Assembly: GCA_036172245.1 (NCBI GenBank)
Contig: JAYWIR010000001.1
Span: 4,402,001 to 4,466,000, forward strand
Length of the DNA: 64,000 bases
From: Raillietiella orientalis
Taxonomy: Eukaryota
Direction: 5' to 3'
The notes below the pieces were generated by a model. The model was not told where the DNA came from. It saw nothing but the letters and a program-made list of their open reading frames with translations, and did no database searches. The position numbers and the translations under genes were made by a program. This document shows, piece by piece, positions 13,261 through 24,009 of the stretch (its first letter is position 1; every line of letters starts with the position of its first letter).

Positions 13261-16243
13261 TTATTCTGTAGAAAAAAGAGTAGATTTTTTTTTCTCCTCC
13301 CCCTTAGGACCTTCCATTCGCTTTGCACGGAGTATTCATTTACTACTTAAACGAGTGTTTTGTTTAAATTATTGTAAATTGCTAACCGAAGCACAACGTG
13401 ATAGCTGAGCAGCTCACGCAATCGAAAATGCCTGTCGAGGAATCAGATTTGACAATCATGAATATGAGTAAACACATTGCATGACAATATTGCAATCAAA
13501 TCATTTACTTTCTCCGAGCGGTTCGAATTTTATCATAAACCCCAGATATTTTGCCTTGCAGCCTTATTATGGTGCGAGGAAGCTGGATCTTCGAAGCCTG
13601 CTGCTTCAAAGACCTCAGCAGCAAATCCTTCAATTTACCGTTGCTGGCCACTCAGATGCCCATTTGATAGTTTTCATTACAGTATCTACATTACAGGAGT
13701 ATAAATAAAGCGGCCACGCAAAGCTTTGATGGTGTAGATTCGGAGTAACCATATTCGAGCATCCTGTTTGCATAAGCTGCGGTGATTTTGCGGAAGAAGC
13801 GTTTTAATTTGTTATACGATCAATAGCGGATGCTGTATAAAATATATGTTGGTGAAATTAAGATAAACTTTTTTTGTGTGTTGTGGAGATTTCATGTGCC
13901 TAATGTAACGTTGTTCCTTATTAATGAGCATTTCGGCTTGGATTATTTGGTTTTTGTCTGAAGAAGGTGCCACGAGATTTTTCATTACTTCAAATTTTCG
14001 CTTGAATTTACTTGAGAATGTGTGCATTTTAATATCGAAAAACCTAACCCGGTGTGTTATTTCATACATTCAGATGTTCCGGTCTTTGTACAGCTGGAAG
14101 GATGTTCTTGATACACAGTGCAGATTCGGTGGAATTTGCATTCCTTTGAGATTTGTGAAGGTTTCTGTTGGGTTTACTATTACGTATAGACTTTTTGCGC
14201 TTTGGGTATGGTAAATAGTGAGCTATTTTGAAATTAACTGCTTCAAAAAAAGCAAAATGAAAGTTGTCATGGGTATTTGGTTATGATGTAACATGTTTAA
14301 GCATTTTCTCTTGATATTGCGAACATCACTCTTAATTTCTAGTACAGCTAACTTTCTGTATTGCAAATTACTAGCGGTATGACTGGTGTTTGATGTATCT
14401 CAGTTCCTCGTGTGCGTATGTTAAGTCATAACGCATACAAGAATTCCTTTATAGGTTGGTTGAAGATGTTATTTTGTGTATTGGTATCAGCATGAGCCCA
14501 TGCTTATTAATTTTTAACAAATGGTCTGAAATTCACTCCAGGGCGAGATTCTCGAGTTTCTTAGCAAGTTTAATACGGTCAATACGTTTGTGGACTATTA
14601 GTTAATTGATTCACTTTATTAAAATGTTTTGTGAAATAACCGGCGAATATAAATTTTACGACAGAAACAAATGGTGTTTTTGCTATCTACATGGTAGGCT
14701 GAAAGCATGATTTGTGCAGATGGAAAGCATCCAGTAGTTCCAAGATTGTGTGCATTTGATTATGACACATACTTTTGTGTACAGTTGTAGTTGATAATTT
14801 TAGCATCAAGGAACCATAAAAATCATTTCACTTTCGTTTTTATATGCATGCTTTCAAAATGTACATACAAAGTTTTGTATTTTTTAGAGTGCTTGATAAC
14901 TGATTTGATTGTATTTGAGAACTCAAGGATTTTGACTATCTGCAAAATCAAAGTTGTGTTGAGAGTGTTCCCAGCATTGGATGAAAGTTTTCATTTTTGT
15001 TTCAACTTTTCTTGCTAGTTTGTTGCATCTAGTCATCAGTGCGGTATACATTAAACACACTGTTTTGAGTGTTACGCTGCATATTGATTCATGGTTAAGG
15101 TTAAAATGTCCTTTTCAAATTGTATATCAATGAAACTAGGGTACCTTGTGTCTAGCGATGAATCTCGGTATTATTGTGGCTACTAGTTTCACAAGGCATC
15201 AGTTGTCAGCATTGCTTAACAATTGTTGTACCTTCCATTTTAATTATCCAATAAATGTAGTAGAAAATAAGATTTTACAAAAGTCCAGAAAGTATTTCAT
15301 TGGTTGCAACCCAAGACTGCCATCCAGTGTTCTAATAAATTACTCCATAGCCAAATATTACCCACAGTTATTAAGAGTATTTATATGTATAATTCAAGCA
15401 GGTGTAACAGGTGAGCTTTGGCCTTGATTATCTTTATGCTGTAATGCAAAGAAAAGACGGATCTTACTTTGTATCTGAAACATCTTAAAGGGTGCATTAT
15501 TGGTAATTTTCAAAACTTTGTAGTGTGACTAATTCCAATCTACATGTGATCACAGTGTGTTTGGAAACCATTATGGTTGAGTACCAAAAATTGCATGGTT
15601 GATAACTAATAATGATAGCTGGATTATTGATTCTGTGTAAAGTGTTTTACAACATGCGTATTTCAAACAACTGTGACATTTTCAGGTAAATAATCATGAA
15701 GCATTTACTTTTAAAATATTTACAAGACTATATGGATGTTCATTCATTTCAAAGTATTATTATTTCATATGTGTAAATATTGCCATTGGTATATAGTTGA
15801 AAATTGTTAATGAAATGAATTAATGTTAATGCAGGTTTTGTTAATCAGAATTTCCTTTAGGTGTACACAGTTTATTAAATTGTATTTTGGTATTCATGTG
15901 GCATGCATTATAATTCTTTCATGTAAGCTGTAAGTAAAACTTATTGTTCAGAAATCATTTAAGAGTTTTGTTTAGTGTGCATGTAACGTTTTTTAATACT
16001 TATTTCCCAGATTCTCAGTTTTTCACTTTTAAGAGCATTTAAACACTTTTTGACACTTTAGTAGGTTTTTGCTAAATACTCACACTGCCTTATATTAAAT
16101 CATAAGCCAAAGACTAAGAGAACATATATTTATATCATTGTTAAGTTATTGTACGAATCATTAAAGCATTCAAAATTCCGGTCCCAACTAAAGCCAGTGA
16201 AAGTTCTCTTCCCTTGACTGGGAGAACTGAAGTAGAAGCAAAT

Positions 16244-18972
16244 ATGAATACCATATCCAAAAGAAGATCAAAAAATTTACTCAGCAGGTAGATAAAACAT
16301 ATTCCTTCTTAAGATATTGGGGATTTTTAGAACATCAAAAACAAAATCTATGGAACTTCAGCCCGAAGGAGTATATTACAATGCAAGATTTATCAATGCT
16401 GCTTCAGTATTGCTTGGTTGCCCTGTCAGGGTACTCTTTCAATAATTCTTATGTAGAAGCATCAACATGTGAATTTAATTAGGTGCATACTAAGAGTGGA
16501 TCCATTTATGAAGGCATCTTTCGAACTTTTTCTGATCAATTTGAAGTGGTTGTAGAAGTTGTTCATCAAGTTGACCCCTTGCAACCAAATTCTGTTGATG
16601 AAATGAAAGTCAAAAACAAAGTGGTCTTTGACTCCAATGAAATTGTGGTTTTAGAAGCTGCAGATGCAGATATGGAATATGCCACCAAAGGAGGTACTTT
16701 GAACTTTTACTAATCTTTAACCAAATGATTATAATCTGTATTGATTTTAGATTCCAGTTTCCCTAATGACTCTGCAATAAGCAGTAGAGTTAATACACAA
16801 ACTTCAAAAAAGGAATTACAAGTTTGGGAGGGTCCGATATGTGAAAGTGATGAAGAGGAAAGATTGCAGCTGGGTGACTCAGTGAGATATGAGAAAATTT
16901 GGGTTCCTTTAATAACTTTTCAATCAGAATGGTTGGGAAGCTACTGATATGTTCCGTAAAAATGAAGAAATATATGGTGTGCAGTCAACTTATGATTCTT
17001 CCATGGCAGGCTATACTACACCTCTGGAACGAAAAAATACCGACGAGTATCGAAAAGCGGAGGCTAATGCAAAACGAATTGCTGAAGAAATTGAGTCAAA
17101 CTCTTCACATCGAGCACGAAATCAATTGGAAAATGGTGATGAAGAAGAGCGTTATGCTGCTGTTGTGAGGCCTTCAGAAAACAGTGTTTCAAGTGGCGGG
17201 TCCAGTAATAAATATCTGCTTCCTCCTCGGCGCAAAAATCTAGGTGGTAACAAAGGAACAAGAACTTTTAGTTCGCATCATTATCACCATGGTGCATCAA
17301 GTACTTCTGGGCATGGATCCATCAAGTGTCATGTTCCCTCTAGTGTTCATGAAGCACCTTCTAATAACACTAGTCTTCCAAAAGAAATAAAGGTTAATGG
17401 TGAACTCAAAGAGAAATGTTTTGAAGAAAAAACAGCAGACAGTACTCATTGTTCTATCCCAGAAACATCTGAAAGTTTGTCTGCAGTGTCTGCAACTGAA
17501 ATTGCTCATGTGCCCTCTCAACAAGAAAACAGGCCATCCTCTTGCAGTCCTGTTTGTACTGTAACTGACAAGAGTGGAAAACATAAAGTAGAAAGTAAGC
17601 AAGAAGAGAACGTTCCGTCTCCAGATGTAGTGAGTGCCTCAGATGTAAATAAACCACAACCAAAAAAAGTCAGCAGTGCAAAAAGTAAGTCCTTGAAGTC
17701 GAACACTTATAATGTTTTCCATGCTAGATCGAGAAGAAGAGGTAACTGAGCTAAGGAAGTTTAGCAGGGATTTCAAACTGACTGAAGCTGGGATAAAACA
17801 GATGAGCATCGAGAAAGTGACTCCAGCTGGTTCAGAAGACTATAGTACAGATATAACTGATTCTGACAAAGTTGATTCTATCATCAAGAAATCACAGCTT
17901 AATCCCAATGCCAAGGAATTTGTTTTGAACCCTAATGCTAAGTCATTTACACCTGTAAGCTATACAGTTTTGTGACTTTGGTATTCACTTATCACATAGA
18001 GAAATAGCAGTAGTGGTAATAATGGCACCCCTCCACGACCTCATACTCCACAGACACCACAGATGGCTGCACCAGCACAGTATGTTTCTGTTCCGATGAT
18101 GGCTTCTTGGCCTGTAATTGCAGCTAATCAACCACAATTCGCTATGCCTGGGCCTCGTTATCGTAAAGGTACCAATTCCTGTTCTCAGAGATTCTTATAA
18201 GTCCACTCTTTAGTGCCAATGAGCTCTCAGAGACCTGAAATGGGTTCTTCAGCCAGCATGCATGTAGCTGCAGCTACGGGCACACCAATATTGGCACAAA
18301 CTCCATTATCTGGACCTCCATCTCACTATACATTACCCTTCCCCCCTATGACTCCACAGCCTTATCAGGTAGGAAAAGTTGCATCCAACTTCTTGTTCAT
18401 GTAGACTCCAGATGTTTGTTCGAATGCCCATCCATCCACAGACAGGAGTCCCCATTGTACCCACAACACTGAGCTATTCATATATTTCTGCTGAACAGCA
18501 ACCATCAGGATTATCCTCTTCAGCTCATCCCAGTTTGAATCAAATGTTTAGTGCCACTAATCCCCAACATCATGTCACTTCACAGTCATCTTCCTCTGCC
18601 CCTCCTATTCCATCTCCAAATAATTCTCTCCACCCTTCAACTGCCAATGGTACTCCACAACCTATGCTATATCCAGGTACCGTGTTGCAGCCAACAGGTG
18701 CACCATCACAACCTAATGCTCATACCTCTCAGTCTCCAGCTACATCCTACCCGACTCCACCACCTTCCTTTATGTTCATCCCACCTCCTCAGTTCCCACC
18801 TGGGACAATGGTATCTGCTCATAGCATCCCTAGCAGTGGCTCTGTCACTGTGCCTTTCCAGTACATCCAAACCCCAACATGTAAGTTGTCAGTCCATTGA
18901 TTTTCATTCAGCTTTATTGTAGCCTCTGTCCCTGCATCAGCACATTTGTCTATGATGCATTATAATCAATGA
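16244..18972 (+). CDS. ATXN2: Ataxin-2, about 770 aa; exons 16244-16287, 16331-16430, 16483-16693, 16751-16881, 16928-17684, 17728-17954, 18000-18168, 18214-18368, 18412-18880, 18923-18972
   Basis: Sm-ATX/LSm domain (EGVYYNARF...VHTKSGSIYEGIFRTFS), LsmAD (NGWEATDMFRKNEEIYGVQSTYD...IAEEIE...ENGDEEERYAAVVR), PAM2 (SQLNPNAKEF), P/Q/S-rich tail. Nine 42-57-nt GT-AG introns all preserve frame (2313 nt). Confidence 0.95.
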
Positions 18973-19211
18973 TTTATCCCATAACTAGAAATCTAAAGAA
19001 TTGCCAAGTGGCGGCTGTGACTAGTAGGATCATCAGGAGTGGTCAGCTGAGAGTCGAGATCTTATAATGGCATTAAGAGGGAGATGATGCTCATCTCATA
19101 GGCAGATGTCAGGAAACCTTCCACTTATTCCCGGTGGCGTGTTTTTCACTCTTCCTGGCCACCCATTCAGCAGGATTTTGGTTAAAAAAATTAATGTGTT
19201 TAAAATAAGAG

Positions 19212-19229
19212 AATAAACTGTTGAATAAA
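19212..19229 (+). terminator. Two AATAAA polyadenylation signals, probably for ATXN2
   Basis: AATAAA at 19212-19217 and 19224-19229, about 240 nt after the ATXN2 stop. Confidence 0.55.
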
Positions 19230-19387
19230 GTTCACATCTTTCATTCCTGGTTTGGAGTGTAAGGGGGCAGGTCAGTGAATTGCCGTTTACCCCCCCCGTC
19301 AGTAGCCTTGAGAGGGTGAATACGAAGATATACTTTGTTATTGTTTGCCAGTTCACAGTTGATAGGGTGATTGTGTTTTAATCAGGT

Positions 19388-20746
19388 ATGAGTAGCAACT
19401 GGTTGGCTTTTCCTCTGAATGCTGATCAGCGTGAAAAACTAGAGAAAGCCCGGTTGATTTCAGCAGAGGATATACAGGGTTTTTCTCCTTCTCATTTAAG
19501 TCACAGTAAGCCAGAGTGACTGACTGCTGGGAGCTACATGCAGGGTCTCTAGTTGCAGGCTTTACGCTTACAGAAGCTGAGAAGGTTCTCCAAATATGCC
19601 AAGCTGCTCCAGGAATCTTGTCAAATTTGGAGATTCAGACAGCGTTGCAGTTGCTGAAGGTGAGTTTGATGTTGCTTAAGACGGAAATGAGTTCTGAGTA
19701 AAGGAAGAGGCATCTCATACCAGCATTGTGACGTTTTGTCGGGAAATTGACGAAATGCTGGGACAGGGAATCCACTGTGGCAAACTGACAGAATTATGTG
19801 GTTCTCCTGGTATTGGGAAAACCCAGATGTGGTAGGCCTGTTACTTGAAAGATTCCGAGAAGAAAATCCATTAGCATGCAACTGGCCATTGATGTACAGA
19901 TTCCACTGCAGCTAGGAGGCCTGGAAGGAGAAGCTCTTTTCATTGATACAGAAGCCAGTTTTACTGTTGAGCGGCTGGAAGGTCAGAAGGACAAAATGTT
20001 CTTGGAGAACAAAATGTTCATTGCAATAATCTAGAAATAGCCCAAGCATGCGTGCATCATTGCCAACATCTCCATACTCTTCAGAAAGCAGAGAAAACAA
20101 CCGTATCAAAGTTAAGCATCAGTATGTTTCTTGGTGGGGTGCACTACATTAACTGTCAAGAATATTTAGAACTACTGGCCTTAATAAATTTGCTGGAAGA
20201 CTTCCTTCAAGAGCACCCCAAAGTGGGTAGTCTCAACTAAGGCTTTTCTTTTTTCACGTTTTCTAGGTTCGTCTTGTGGTAATTGATAGTTTAGCATTCC
20301 CTTTCCGATGTGAAATGACAGACTATGCCTTGAGAAGCCGCCTCCTGCATGGTGTAGGTCAGAAGCTGCAGCATCTGGCCATTCAGTACAAAATAGCAGT
20401 GAGTATCAGGATTCGGTGGAAGAATGGCTGATCAGTATTGTAGGTAGTTGTTACCAATCAGATGACCACGAGACTGAATGAGGATGGAGATTCGCACATC
20501 ATCCCTGCATTGGGGGAAAGTTGGGCACATGTTTGTTCTGTACGCTTACTCTTGTTTTGGCACAGCAAACAGAGATGGGCCAGATTGCTGAAATCACCGG
20601 AATTCAGCAGTAACCAGGTGATGTTTCAGGTATGTGTTTCTTGGGAAAAAGATATTTCTTAATCAGGACGTTAGATTACGACCTCCGGCATCCGAGATGT
20701 TCCTGTTTCACAAAAACACAATAATAAAAAAATGAAAATATCGTAG
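19388..20746 (+). CDS. RAD51C: RAD51 paralog C, 345 aa; exons 19388-19505, 19553-19659, 19704-19831, 19875-19981, 20035-20222, 20267-20398, 20444-20629, 20675-20746
   Basis: IVTFCREIDEMLG, Walker A GSPGIGKTQ, RAD51C-typical MQLAIDVQIP..LGGLEGEALFIDTE, Walker B LVVIDS, VVVTNQMTT, IPALGESWAH. Seven 43-53-nt introns keep frame (1038 nt). Confidence 0.95.
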
Positions 20747-20983
20747 TCCAGGCTTAGAAAATGTTTCGTTTTTTTTTTTTTTTTTCTCGTCTTTTTCTCA
20801 TAAGATTACATCTAATGAGAATCTAATTTAGATTATATCCAAAATGCAAATTTGTGATTGTGACTATAATCATTGGTTTGCTCATTACAGATGAGTGTTT
20901 TGAATTTACAATGCGGAAATTCCGATATTTTTAGTTAACATTTTTTGACCTGAATTTTCGAGTTCTAAAAGACCCCGTGAGCA

Positions 20984-23900
20984 ATGTTAAAAGGTGTCAT
21001 TCCAGGAGGAAACGTGCGCGGTAAGTGCTCTTTTGGCATTTTTTTTCTTGCTAATGAAGGGTTTCAGTTCTGGCCAGAGCATTGCAGTCCTTAGCACGCC
21101 TAACAGACGAAATTTATCTGGAACCATTGGCGGAAGGATTGATACTTCGAGCCGTGAATCCATCGCGTTCCGCGTACGCATCGTTCGTCTTTCGAAAATC
21201 TTTCTTCTCGTTTTATGAGATAAGGCAGCAGACGTCCCAAGATGACATACGGTCAAAAATACCCCTCAAGGCAAGTAAGGTTTTAACACTCGCGGCGCCA
21301 GTGTATGCATGGGCGACGGCAGTGGCGGCCCTGATTCAGAACCTCTTCCGCATAGTGGACGCAGAGGCTGGAACAGTGCTTGCAACCAGGGCAGATAATC
21401 CGCGGGACGAGACGCAATGCTGACTGCCTGCTTTGGTTGCTTCCGTTACGAGTGACGGGCGGGTGACCAAAGGGTGAATCCACCAGCATGCCTCAGAGTA
21501 ACAGACAAACCTGCGACAGCTAATTGACAGCTGAGCACCGATTGACAGCCAAACGGTGGTGCATGGTCGATACGTGTACAGGCAGCACGGCTGTCTGTTT
21601 CTCTTGGGATGCTGTTCTGAGATTACGTCTCGCTCTGCCTGCGACTTTTCTCTCACCCTGAGTAGTGTGAGTGGGCGAGTCGGTGTGGTCAAAGTACAAG
21701 TGTTGACACTTGTCGGCATGCGGGCATTTATGCACAAATTGAAGCGAGATAGCCTGTAAGGTTATCGTGCACTTTGAGGAATAGTTATCAGATTAAGTCG
21801 TTCGCGAACACGTTGCCGCCGGAACGAGTCATGTGACCCATACAGACTGGGCGTCCTGACCGATTCGGCACAGTTTTTTTCATTTTTTGCCCTCCTAGTC
21901 CTCGTTTATCCTTAAGCGCGGCCCGGAAAGCAGCAAGAATCCAGTGCAGAGCTTCCCTATTCGGATTTGTTGTTATTTTCGTAGGGTTGTGACCACATCG
22001 AAAGTGCTGCGAGGTCGGGGTCCTTGAAGCCTGCCTCCCCCACTGTTGGACAGGAGGCGTCTTTCGAGTCGTTGTTTTCCTCGCTTGCGTATCTCCCGGT
22101 AGATGCGACTTCGAAAATCGTGCGTGTGCTTCTTCTTGCGTGTGTGAGCATAAAGCCAACGAATGATGGCAAGACGTGCGCATAGCGGCCCTTGCGGTGC
22201 CGCACTTCGCGGGTAGTCATCGCTTGCCCGAAGATCGAAACGGGGGCGCCTTTGTGAACGGACCTGGCCCTAAATCGATCTCTAGAATTCGGACTGCTGC
22301 CCTTCCGAAGCCCGGAGGGGAAGGGTCACAGTTTCAGGCGCGTTTTCCCGTCCCAAGCTGGCGCAGTTGTTTCGTGGGGCACCAGCTTTCCCCGGGTCGA
22401 GCGCGGGCTCAGCAGTTGCAGGCTTGCAAGACGGTGCTGCCGCGTGTCGCGTGCACCTTGGAAACTTTCCCCCTCAGGTGTTCGCGAACCTGAGCGATTC
22501 GTGTGCTCGGGAAACGTTTCCGGATTTGCAGCAGGAGATCCGTCCGTCTGTCCCGTGTGGACCCGGGCGCGACAAACGCCGGCTCGAGCTCGCAGTGGAG
22601 AGGAGGCAGATGCTGCGAAAAAGAAAAAAGAAATGCCTACGAGCCTTACTGTTGTTGTTGTTCTTGTTATGATGATGATGATGTCCAGAGCGCGCGGAAG
22701 ACGCGCCACGAAACGAGACTGCTTCCGGATAGCAATTGCGCGTGCAGACACGGACGCACCCTTTTCGTGTCGGGAAGTGCGGATGTCTTCGCGGTCGGAT
22801 CCGACTCGCGGAAGTACGCACTGCGCGCGAAGCGGAACGTGTGTGTGGAGCTGCGGAAGGATGGGAGATGCGAGATCAGAGAAGGTCTCTGAAGGGGTGG
22901 GCGGGCGGGCCGCCTTCCAGCGGTTGCTTGCACTTGCGATTTATTAATCTCCTGCAGCCTCTGCTCACTGCCTTCAAGTCCCCGGCGACAGACCGCACTG
23001 TGGAAAAGTGCGAAATCAGCATGCGCCACGAGGAGGCCAGGCTCTCCCTGCGTCTGTGCTGCAGGCACGCCATCTTGAAAACGTGCACCATTTCTTGCAT
23101 CGAGTGCGAGACTTTAAACGTACAGTAAAAGGGGATCCCGCGGTGGCGGCCATGTGCTGACTCCTCTCGCCTCCCTTCCCTCCCCCCCCTCCAGGCCAAT
23201 TACCAGGCGGATAGCTGCGCGAACAAGATTGTTTGCGACACGAGGCTTCTTTCCGCCGCTTTGGGCAACTTCCAGCATTCGATGGACGAAGTCACGCTGT
23301 CTGTAAACCTCAAGCAGCTGACAATTTCGAACTACGTGGACGATGACCCAGGTATCGCCAAAAGGCGCGCGCGTGCGCCTGGTCCCGCGGTACCGGATGC
23401 GGCAACGGAGGTGCGTTGCTTCCAGATCCAACGAAGAGCGTCCGTACGACCGTCTGCCTTCAGAGTGGAGAGTTTCACACCTACGTCATCGGCGTCGTCA
23501 GCAAAGTGACTTTTTGCGTGAAAGACCTGAAGTCCCTGCTCTGCTTCGCCGAGAATTCGGACCTTCTGTTGACGCTGCAGTTCCACAGCGCCGGCACGTA
23601 AGCAGACAGAACCCGCTCATCCCTCATTCCCCCCCCCTCCCCCAATGCCGCCCTTGAGCACGTGGTGTTTTTTTTTTCTGAAGACCTTTGATCGTCACCC
23701 TCGACGGCCTGCCCGCCTTTGAAGTGACTTTCGTGCTGGCCACATTGACAGAAGTCGCCGACGACGGTGGCGAAGCCTTTGGTGCTTCGGTATCAGGTCG
23801 GTGCCGCCCCGGCTCCACTTGCTCGCGAAGGGCTCTCTTTTTTTCTAGAAAGCAGCAGTGTGTGCGAGCGGAAACACCGCGACCCCGACGAGCACGAGCA

Positions 23901-24009
23901 GCACTGCGTCAGCCTGTTCCAGAGATGCCTCGAGCCGACCTTCCACGCATCCCAACTGTCCGGATACAACGACATTTTGGCGCCTGATTCGGACGAGGAA
24001 TCCGCGTGA
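20984..24009 (+). CDS. RAD9A: 9-1-1 checkpoint clamp subunit RAD9, 334 aa; exons 20984-21020, 21068-21270, 22958-23119, 23195-23351, 23426-23597, 23684-23796, 23849-24009
   Basis: GGNVRVLARALQSLARLTDEIYLEP..GLILRAVNPSRSAYASFVF; TVEKCEI; VTFCVKDLKSLLCFAE; FVLATL; C-terminal LAPDSDEE tail. Frame is kept (1005 nt) only with a GC donor at 21271. Confidence 0.93.
21328..21875 (+). ncRNA. Candidate intronic H/ACA-type sno/scaRNA cluster or one large structured RNA in RAD9 intron 2
   Basis: Stems found by eye are followed directly by ANANNA boxes (21393, 21495, 21691, 21790) and by ACA triplets (21501, 21734, 21870); loops contain CGAG and TGAG. Not computationally folded. Confidence 0.4.
22160..22226 (+). 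ncRNA. Candidate miR-31/miR-72 family pre-miRNA in RAD9 intron 2
   Basis: 22167 TGGCAAGACGTGCGCATAGC matches insect miR-31a as recalled (TGGCAAGATGTCGGCATAGC) at 17/20 with intact seed, on the 5' arm of an imperfect hairpin (GATGGC/GTCATC, GCGGC/GCCGC). Confidence 0.33.

Noticed and set aside
13477-13708. Two 75-aa overlapping ORFs ending near AATAAA
   Set aside because: No motif or codon bias; could be the 3' UTR of the microprotein gene
9405-14050. Telomerase-template-like CCTAACCCT (9406) and AACCTAACC (14041)
   Set aside because: 9-mers expected by chance in 64 kb; no supporting structure seen
21430-21473. miR-9/miR-79-like seed CTTTGGT in a strong hairpin
   Set aside because: Two 22-nt arms would leave no loop, so it cannot be a pre-miRNA; treated as part of the structured intron
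21523-21570. SSU rRNA-like words ATTGACAG and GGTGGTGCATGG
   Set aside because: Short sense-strand matches without flanking rRNA similarity
21833-21850. RNase P CR-V-like ACCCATACAGACT
   Set aside because: No matching CR-I motif upstream to form helix P4; a covariance-model search would settle it
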